Below, one piece after another: positions 57,066-64,000 of a stretch of 64,000 nucleotides of DNA. Position 1 is the first letter of the stretch. Each line of letters opens with the position of its first letter. The position numbers and the translations under genes are program-made. Source of the stretch: an uncultured cyanobacterium (GTDB lineage Bacteria > Cyanobacteriota > Cyanobacteriia > Leptolyngbyales > Leptolyngbyaceae); contig CAVYAN010000048.1 in assembly GCA_963766075.1 (NCBI GenBank), positions 32,001 to 96,000 of the forward strand, written 5' to 3'. The notes under the pieces are model-generated. The model did no database searches and was not told where the DNA came from. It saw nothing but the letters and a program-made list of their open reading frames with translations.

Positions 57066-57441
57066 CCCCACCTTGTGGGGGTTTGTCAAAGTTTATAAAC
57101 GGGCTGCGGTATTTATTGGCGACTTAAAGCCTTTGCCCCACGCCGTGGGGGTTTATCAACGGTCTGCGGCAGCCTTGTGACGTAAAGCCTTCGCCCTACA
57201 CTGTGTAGGGGTTTATCTTCGATCCAACTCTATTGGCTTAACGGCTCTCTTTGCCCCACGGTGTGGGGGTTTATCTTTGCTCCAACTCTACCAGCTTAAC
57301 GGCTCTCTTTGCCCCACGGTGTGGGGGTTTATCAAACGGTTCTATAGCCAAATCAACCCTCACCCCGCTCAGTGGGGGTCTATCTTTACGGCAGCAAACC
57401 CCCACCGGGCTTACATCACCCCACACTGTGGGGGTGCGATC
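57066..57441 (+). CRISPR. Degenerate array, block 4 (7 repeats)
   Basis: Hairpin units at 57066, 57136, 57194, 57254, 57312, 57363 and 57419; the most homogeneous block (CCCCACnnnGTGGGGGTTTATC). Confidence 0.88.
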
Positions 57442-57515
57442 GCATCGCGCTTGAAATGATTTACACCAAACATAGGAGGCTTATACCCGCCTTTCAGCAT
57501 TCAAATAAATGTCCC

Positions 57516-57835
57516 GCCGCGATCGCCACTGGTCGCGGCTTTTTTTATGGAGAAACCCCAAAATGCAAACCAAAATCACCAAATCTAAAGCCGCCGAAAT
57601 CGCCCAGAACCTGATAGAGGAAGGCGAGGAAAACACAGGAGTCTGTCTAGCCTGCGGAGAAGTCCATGAAGGGATTGAGCCCGATGCCCGCGAGTATAAA
57701 TGTGAAGCCTGCGGTCAACATAAAGTTTACGGATCAGAAGAAATTCTTCTAATGTTCGGACCTGCCAACTTCTAAAAACCACTGAATGCAGACTGCCGCG
57801 ATCGCCACTGATCGCGGCTTTTTTATGGAGAAAAC
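57516..57835 (+). repeat. Duplicated ~40-bp hairpin-polyT-RBS module
   Basis: GCCGCGATCGCCACTGRTCGCGGC-T6/7-ATGGAGAAA at 57516 and 57795. Confidence 0.8.
57563..57775 (+). CDS. Small zinc-finger protein
   Basis: G-x-CLACG...IEPDAR-x-Y-x-CEACG-x3-VYG. Confidence 0.7.
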   Translation: MQTKITKSKAAEIAQNLIEEGEENTGVCLACGEVHEGIEPDAREYKCEACGQHKVYGSEEILLMFGPANF

Positions 57836-58084
57836 ATGCACCCTGAATCAATCGAGATTGGAGAGGAATACAGCCCTGAAGCCTGGAGTGGTGGCGACTT
57901 CTATTACAAAATCACCCGAACCCATTATGGGTACTGGGCGATGCTGTACACCCGCCTAGCGGAGACACGAAAAGAAAACTGGCGTTTCCGGATTATCAAT
58001 CCGCAGCCCTATCAAATACTAGGGCTTTTGGCAGTACGAATTGATCGATTTGTAGCAGAAATGAGGCAAAGCAATGCTAATTGA
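57836..58084 (+). CDS. Hypothetical protein
   Basis: RBS GGAG. Confidence 0.5.
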   Translation: MHPESIEIGEEYSPEAWSGGDFYYKITRTHYGYWAMLYTRLAETRKENWRFRIINPQPYQILGLLAVRIDRFVAEMRQSNAN

Positions 58085-58448
58085 TGAGGTCTTGGACATT
58101 GAATGGTTGGACAAAGTGGGTGACCCGCTCACAGTTGCCACAACCATTTGTGGAATTGTGAACGGTTCGATTTGTGCGAAAGAAATCCTAGAAAAGTCAG
58201 AGGGTGTATTCCCAAACCCAATCGACAAGCTATCTATACCTGAACAGAAGTTGTTTGCTATCAATGATGTCATCCAAGGTTTTGGGACGGAAGCCGCTTG
58301 GCTGGACGACAGCTCAGACTATCCCAGCGCCGAGTATATCGACGTTGGAGATCCCTATGTAGCAACCATTCTGTATGACTACCAGACTGACACCTTTCAG
58401 GTTACCTGCTTAGCAGATTGGCTTAACCCACAGGAGAAAGCAGCATGA
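58074..58448 (+). CDS. Acidic hypothetical protein
   Basis: GTEA...YIDVGDPYVATILYD; overlapping chain. Confidence 0.6.
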   Translation: MLIDEVLDIEWLDKVGDPLTVATTICGIVNGSICAKEILEKSEGVFPNPIDKLSIPEQKLFAINDVIQGFGTEAAWLDDSSDYPSAEYIDVGDPYVATILYDYQTDTFQVTCLADWLNPQEKAA

Positions 58449-61400
58449 TTAGCGTTGCCAGAGTCCGCGAGATTGAACAAGTACTAGAAGCAAAAGCGGA
58501 TGAGTACAAAGGAATAAGTAGGATTACATTCCCAGAGATCTTAAAGTTTGTGCTCCTTAAAGAGGCAAATATTCTCGATCAGATCGATTTCGATATTGTT
58601 GAGGAATTCGTACTTGAAACATTCAACGACTTTCCTGAAGAGTTCATCGCCAAACTCAAGGAGAAATACCCCGAAATCCTCGGACTGGAAAAGATTCTGG
58701 AAGAAGCCGATCCCAAAGACGTTCGCGCAGAGATCGAAGCCAATTCAACCCTAAACGACGAACTGGGATTAGTCCCTCAGATGGCTCGAATGCCAGAGGA
58801 AGAACTGTTCAAGCTGCTGATCGATTACGGCTTGCTTCCCAGCTTCAACCTCTACGACCTCCAATCCAATCGCACCGACAATAAAAACCTTGAAACCCCC
58901 ACAGAGCAATGCTTAACACCGCCCGCGACCACTGCAAAAACCGTCGCCGGCGACGGTGCAAAACCGCCAAACCCTCATCCAGAAAGCACCCTGGAAACAG
59001 TGCCCATGACAAACGAAGTCGTCAATTACCGTTACCGCGTAGAGGCTGCCCTAACAGCGATCTCTGCTGTCGTCAGAAACCAGGGCCAAAACTACACAGA
59101 AGCGATCGCCCAGTTTGGTGGATGGGGCTCGCTGAGCCGATTGTTCACCGAGCGGCCTGACATGCCCGAATGGGAGAAACGGGCTTGCGGCACCCTGAAG
59201 GGACTCCTAAGCCCACAGGAATACGCTTCTGCACGGAATCTGACCCTTAACAGCTTCTACACCAGTCCCGAGGTTATCAGGGCGATCTGGGCGTTCGTTT
59301 TGTCCACTGGATGGGAAGGTGGCGAAGTGCTTGATCCAGGATGCGGCACCAGGCGGTTTTGGCAGTACGCCCCAGAAGCGGCACGCCAGATCGCCACTGG
59401 CTACACAGGCGTTGAAAAGGACTACACAACCCACCTTATGGGGCTCGCCTTAACCCCTCTGGACGACCAAGGAAAGAGTCTCAATGATTTTTCCGAGCAT
59501 GGCGACTTCCTCACATGGGCCACCGATCTCCAGTATCACCTGGTGATCGGCAACTTCCCTTTTGAAGATGGCGTAACGGCAGGCGTCCCGGACCTTGGCT
59601 TTGGCCTCAAGGTGGCTTTGCATGGCCGCTTCCTGCTGCGTGCACTTAGTCATCTGCGCCCTGGCGGCTTGCTGGCCGTCATCACCAGTCCGGGCCTGAT
59701 GGACGGCAGTTCAAAAGCCTACCAAGGGCTCCGAGCCCGTGTAGAAGCTATGGCGGTGTTCCTGGGGGCTGTGCGGCTCCCAGAACAGACCCACGCCAGT
59801 TCTGGTACGGAGTGCACCAGCGACCTAATCATCTTGCGCAAGCGATCGCCCGCTGACAACGCGGATAACGAATTCACCGAGGCTAGTGTGCCGTGGCAAA
59901 AAGTTTACACATCCCCCAAACTTAATGCCTACTGGAGCGCAAACCCCACCCACCACCTTGGTCAATTTGTGCCCAACCGCACCCGTGGCGGGCAGGGGGC
60001 GGGCGCAAGATGGACCGGCAGCTATGCCGAACTGATTTCCGCACTCAACCAAGCACTTAAATCAATCCAGGAGAACTATATGTCCAGAATCAGAAAGACC
60101 CGTGACGACAGCCCAAAGACAGGCTGGCAGCACGTTGAGGTGACCTACAATGCCGAGCAGGATGGGGTTGAAATTCGCTTCTCAGATGCGATTCCCAAGA
60201 TGATCAGCGGATTGCTGGGCTGGGCCGGATTCAAATTCCATCGCGACAAGTTCTGGTGGGTGAAGGTGTCACCAGAGGTTCAGGGTTGGTTGCAGAACTC
60301 ATTTGAGGAAATCCTCCTGAACGCTGGGTACGAAGATGTCCCAGAAGACGAGCGATCGCTGACCGCCAAGGGGTTTGCCTCCTGCGAGGAATATTTTGTA
60401 ATTCCCTCACTTCAGCCGCCAGTCCAAGCGGCTGACCTCCCTCCCTCCGCAGAAGAGCCGCAGAAAGCTGGCGGAATAGAACCTTGGGCCTTCAGCTCAG
60501 AGGGGGCGAAGCTACTGCGACAAACCTTTGAGAAACGCGAGTGTGTCGAGCCAGTAGTAGAAATCCCAGCACACCCTACCCCTGGATCGACCCTGCGTCA
60601 GGTTGAGCCGTATTTCGTCAGATCGCAGTTTTTTGGCGCTTACAAGCGCTCAAAGATTGAAGAGTATGAGCGGGATCTGGTAGTAGCACTGAACAACGAT
60701 CCGGCATCCATAAGGCACGAGTTGCTCAGAATCACCTACGAACTTTTGCTGCCGACTGAAGAAGAATATCTAGCGTTCACTCAGGCGCTAACGCAAACCC
60801 GCGACTGGATGTTTCACATGGGTGGATCATCCTCCCTGCACGAGACTGATTATCCAAACTTGAGCCCTGAAGAGGAACAGGAATGGCGGAAATACCGATT
60901 TGGCGATAACTGCCTTATGGTCCGCGCACCGCAAGACATTCCGCGCCACATGGATTTTGTGGTCAACCCCGAGGGGAACACTTACGCCAAATACGTGTAC
61001 ACCAGTCCCATTCCGGTCGAAGCTCCTACAAAGGAAACCTACCAATCGATTCTCCATGGCCCGACCGAGGAAGAATGGATAGCGAAACAAACCGCTCAGG
61101 CTCAAGCCCAGGAGCCCGAGCCTGAAACACCGCCCGTCACTGGATTCGACCTTGACGACTTTTTCTCAGACATCATGGGCCTGGTCGCTGACGCAACTCC
61201 CCCTGAGCCCTGGATGAAAGATGCCGTGCAAGCACAGCTTGAGGAATTGGCGAAGCGCCCGCGCATTCCCTCGTTTCGAGCAACCCTGACAACAAAATGG
61301 ATACCTTTGCTGAACTTCCTGAACCTGGGAAGTTTGTTGGGAATGCTCACGATGGGACAAAAGCTTGCTGAACTAAAGCGACAATCCCCCGATATTCCTG

Positions 61401-61519
61401 GCCTCGATCCCTTGTCCAAAGAGATGCTTGAGATGCTAGCGCGGCTCAACATCTTCCCCGAACAGGGAGGGGCGATCTCAAAACCCGCAGGACAGGGAGG
61501 GGCGATCGCAAAAAAGTAA
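58445..61519 (+). CDS. Multidomain protein containing a DarB-like N6-adenine methyltransferase domain
   Basis: FGGWG, L-x2-LLS-x2-EY-x-SAR-x3-LNSFYTSP, VLDPGCGT, GVEKD, VIGNFPF, LRPGG, FLGAVRLP, DLIILRKR. Confidence 0.8.
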   Translation: MISVARVREIEQVLEAKADEYKGISRITFPEILKFVLLKEANILDQIDFDIVEEFVLETFNDFPEEFIAKLKEKYPEILGLEKILEEADPKDVRAEIEANSTLNDELGLVPQMARMPEEELFKLLIDYGLLPSFNLYDLQSNRTDNKNLETPTEQCLTPPATTAKTVAGDGAKPPNPHPESTLETVPMTNEVVNYRYRVEAALTAISAVVRNQGQNYTEAIAQFGGWGSLSRLFTERPDMPEWEKRACGTLKGLLSPQEYASARNLTLNSFYTSPEVIRAIWAFVLSTGWEGGEVLDPGCGTRRFWQYAPEAARQIATGYTGVEKDYTTHLMGLALTPLDDQGKSLNDFSEHGDFLTWATDLQYHLVIGNFPFEDGVTAGVPDLGFGLKVALHGRFLLRALSHLRPGGLLAVITSPGLMDGSSKAYQGLRARVEAMAVFLGAVRLPEQTHASSGTECTSDLIILRKRSPADNADNEFTEASVPWQKVYTSPKLNAYWSANPTHHLGQFVPNRTRGGQGAGARWTGSYAELISALNQALKSIQENYMSRIRKTRDDSPKTGWQHVEVTYNAEQDGVEIRFSDAIPKMISGLLGWAGFKFHRDKFWWVKVSPEVQGWLQNSFEEILLNAGYEDVPEDERSLTAKGFASCEEYFVIPSLQPPVQAADLPPSAEEPQKAGGIEPWAFSSEGAKLLRQTFEKRECVEPVVEIPAHPTPGSTLRQVEPYFVRSQFFGAYKRSKIEEYERDLVVALNNDPASIRHELLRITYELLLPTEEEYLAFTQALTQTRDWMFHMGGSSSLHETDYPNLSPEEEQEWRKYRFGDNCLMVRAPQDIPRHMDFVVNPEGNTYAKYVYTSPIPVEAPTKETYQSILHGPTEEEWIAKQTAQAQAQEPEPETPPVTGFDLDDFFSDIMGLVADATPPEPWMKDAVQAQLEELAKRPRIPSFRATLTTKWIPLLNFLNLGSLLGMLTMGQKLAELKRQSPDIPGLDPLSKEMLEMLARLNIFPEQGGAISKPAGQGGAIAKK

Positions 61520-61710
61520 CCCCGCCGCGCCAGCCACAACAGGAGGTAACCCCTCCCGCAAGCCGCAAAAGGATTGCCAAGAAAGTTTCTCTAGAGGGTG
61601 GACAGCAAAAACAGAAGTCACCCTCTAGAGAAAAGGCCAGAAAGCAGCGTGGCGGCGCGGCGACAAAGGCTCCAACACTAGGAGATGACGCTCCTGTCTT
61701 CCTCCGAGTC

Positions 61711-62343
61711 ATGGAGTTGGTAGACACAAAATCCTACCCTGGATGCTTAGCCGTCCATGAGGGCAGGCTCGGCCTATCGTTCTATGGGTTGACCATGCCC
61801 ATTGAGCTGCGGATCGGAGAGAAAACAATCACTTGCGATCGCCGCACCTTCCAGCCGCTAATCGCCTCTCCGGAGCGGATTGCCGCAACGGAGAGGCTCC
61901 TCATCATCTGGGGGCGCTGGCAACAGGTGATTCAACACGATTCAGCAAATCAGGTTGAGTCGGTCGGGCTTCGCGGCGCTTTGAACAGAGCCTATGACGA
62001 CTTTGTTCAGGAGTATGGCCCTCTGGTGGAAAATCAGGCGCTACTGCGGTTTCAAAAAGTGCAGGATCCACGGCTCGGCCTGCTTCTGGCTCTAGAGACA
62101 AAGGATGGTGAAAAAGCTGAGATTTTTTACAAGCGCGTTCACCATCCGCCGCCACGGCTCGGCGAACAAATTTACTTCGATGCCGACATTCGCGATCGCT
62201 TATCTCAGGCATTTCCTAGGGTTTTAAGTGAGCGTGGTTCAATCGAAATCGATGAGATTGCCGCCGCGTGTGGGATTGACGCCGAAACCGCAGAGGACGA
62301 ACTGGTTCAAATGGGCCTAGTCGTGCGGGAACCGCTTGTTTGA
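61711..62343 (+). CDS. Fragment resembling the DarB/SNF2-methylase inter-domain region
   Basis: LNRAYDDFVQEYGPL...F-x4-DP-x3-LLLALE...KAEIFYKRV...SL/VL-x-ERG-x-I pattern. Confidence 0.65.
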   Translation: MELVDTKSYPGCLAVHEGRLGLSFYGLTMPIELRIGEKTITCDRRTFQPLIASPERIAATERLLIIWGRWQQVIQHDSANQVESVGLRGALNRAYDDFVQEYGPLVENQALLRFQKVQDPRLGLLLALETKDGEKAEIFYKRVHHPPPRLGEQIYFDADIRDRLSQAFPRVLSERGSIEIDEIAAACGIDAETAEDELVQMGLVVREPLV

Positions 62344-62381
62344 TTTGTTCAAATGTCCGTACACTTTCTGCCTGAATCCCA

Positions 62382-62410
62382 TTGACAGGCTTTAGGTAGA
62401 AAGATAAATT
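62382..62410 (+). promoter_or_regulatory. Sigma70-type promoter
   Basis: TTGACA-17 nt-TAAATT upstream of the 62442 gene. Confidence 0.65.
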
Positions 62411-62441
62411 CAAGTCAGTTCAACCAAGGAGAAGGAGACAG

Positions 62442-63086
62442 ATGGATTTTTCAAGTCTGACCAATGACCAACTGTTGGAATTAATTAGAGCTGCGATGGC
62501 CGAAGCAGTCAGTCGCGGCATGAAGCGGATTGCGGAACAGTTCTACGAGGATGCCAAAGCAGAGGCCCAGGCGCAGGTGGAATTGGAAATGAGAGCGGCC
62601 AAGGCTGCCGCCGAGGCTGAGGCGGCTCAAGCCAAACGAGAGACTGAGCGGAAAATCAAACAACAGAAAACGGCACTGCAACAAAACAGCGGACTTTGGG
62701 CTTCCAAAGCCTCAGTGCTGAAAGCATTGAAGGCATATTCAGCTTTCAAAGAAGATGAGGAGCTGTTCCTGAACATCTGGCAGCGCGGCGGCGATGGTGA
62801 GGTGCGCGTTTACCTGAAAGGGCCGGAAGTGGGCCGCCGAAGCCACAAGTGGGAGATAGTTTTTTACTACACTGGCAATAAGTATCATCCACCCCTCTCG
62901 GTTGAAGGCGTGGATGATGAGCTTATTCCGGCGCTAACCGAGTTCTTCAAAGTCTTGTGCAGCACATGGACACCTGGCCTAGACGTGAAATACAGCGCCG
63001 TCAAGGGAATCGAGCCACACCCAGAGAAGCTGAACAAATACCGCAAAGCTCTTGGACTGCCCGCACTGGAGGCCGTAAATGTCTAA
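62442..63086 (+). CDS. Hypothetical protein with N-terminal coiled coil
   Basis: RBS AAGGAG. Confidence 0.65.
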   Translation: MDFSSLTNDQLLELIRAAMAEAVSRGMKRIAEQFYEDAKAEAQAQVELEMRAAKAAAEAEAAQAKRETERKIKQQKTALQQNSGLWASKASVLKALKAYSAFKEDEELFLNIWQRGGDGEVRVYLKGPEVGRRSHKWEIVFYYTGNKYHPPLSVEGVDDELIPALTEFFKVLCSTWTPGLDVKYSAVKGIEPHPEKLNKYRKALGLPALEAVNV

Positions 63087-63651
63087 TTTGACGACTCCAT
63101 TTTCGGCAATCATTGCCGCCGCCGCAAAGACGCAGCCCAGCCCAGAAGTCAAGAGGAAGGTCACCCGCTTGAACACGGTGGGCCACACAAAAGTCCTGCT
63201 TCTAGACTGCTCCGACAGCATGGGCGGTTATGTCAACAGTGGGCGAAAAATCGACATCCTTAGAGGTGCGATTGGAGCGCTCACGCTGGATGAATGGCGG
63301 ATTTACGCCTTCAATAGCGCAACACAATTAATCCTGCCGAATCAGATCCCAGAGCCGTGGGGCGGGACAGATTTGGGTGAGGCATTGCGGTTTATTTCCG
63401 CCGAGGATACCGTGGAAACGCTCGTTGTCAGCGACGGGGCACCCGACAGCGAGGATGACGCGCTGTCGGCGGCGGGGTTGGTGAAAGGAGTTATTTCAAC
63501 CCTCTTTATAGGGAATGACTCCGATCACAGGGCTAAGGATTTTCTGCGGCGGCTGGCTTCGGCAGGCTGCGGGAAATGCTACAGCCAGACCCTAGACGCA
63601 GGGTCACTAATCTTGGCTCAGGCTATCAAGTTTTTAGGCCCAGGAAAGTGA
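63079..63651 (+). CDS. von Willebrand factor A (vWA) domain protein
   Basis: MIDAS LLLDCSDSM, GGTDL, VVSDG-x-P. Confidence 0.85.
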   Translation: MSNLTTPFSAIIAAAAKTQPSPEVKRKVTRLNTVGHTKVLLLDCSDSMGGYVNSGRKIDILRGAIGALTLDEWRIYAFNSATQLILPNQIPEPWGGTDLGEALRFISAEDTVETLVVSDGAPDSEDDALSAAGLVKGVISTLFIGNDSDHRAKDFLRRLASAGCGKCYSQTLDAGSLILAQAIKFLGPGK

Positions 63652-63652
63652 T

Positions 63653-63958
63653 ATGGCGGAAATCAACGCTGATATTCTGCGAGCCGCCCTTGAGGATGGC
63701 TATTTCGAGCGCCCCCTCAGCGATCGCGAGCGGCTTTATCTCACGCCGTCAATCCTGACGGCGTGGGCCTTTATTGAAGCCGTTCGAGCCTCTGACGTGG
63801 GGATGACCACCAGGGGATTGGAGAGTGCCCTCGGGATCAATATCAACACGGTTAGGGTTTACGGGCGCTGGCTGCGTGAGCACAGGCTGGTTGATTGCGA
63901 AACAGCGATCGGATCAGAGGGGAGCCAATTGGTCTACAAGCCGAAGGGGGTACCGTGA
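63653..63958 (+). CDS. Putative winged-helix protein
   Basis: GMTTRGLESALGININTVRVY-x3-L-x4-LV. Confidence 0.55.
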   Translation: MAEINADILRAALEDGYFERPLSDRERLYLTPSILTAWAFIEAVRASDVGMTTRGLESALGININTVRVYGRWLREHRLVDCETAIGSEGSQLVYKPKGVP

Positions 63959-64000
63959 GCAAGATGCTGCAACGGATAGCCCGCAATGCCGCTCAGTTGC

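Noticed and set aside
52262..57441. Hairpins as REP/BIME elements or simple terminators
   Set aside because: All are co-oriented, regularly spaced, begin right after cas5e, resemble I-E repeats and mostly lack poly-U tails.

Overview
The window looks like part of a large temperate phage or phage-plasmid of a cyanobacterium; the HIP1 octamer GCGATCGC is abundant throughout. The left half (1-30 kb) holds head morphogenesis, portal, probable tail-tube and terminase genes, a RHH-parA-parB partition operon, an EAL-domain gene, an FtsK/membrane-protein/lytic-transglycosylase operon, a DHH phosphoesterase, HNH, HU, a tyrosine recombinase and an XRE regulator. A 22-bp palindrome (candidate parS or operator) occurs six times. 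An AT-rich island with three large hairpins (30.5-33 kb) is followed by a long, almost entirely + strand accessory region with Csx3, RadC, methyltransferases, a PAPS-reductase-like protein, a split DarB-like gene and a vWA protein. The standout is a miniaturised type I-E Cascade-only locus (cas8e-cas6e-cas7e-cas5e; no cas3, cas11/cse2, cas1 or cas2 in the window). It is followed by about 39 CRISPR-like hairpin units whose sequence varies strongly while base-pairing and a GTnnnTC tail are kept. The units form four blocks interleaved with protein-coding genes, and the spacers vary in length (17-52 nt) and include paralogous families. All protein calls come from motif recognition by eye, not database searches. 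Spacer targets could not be established.
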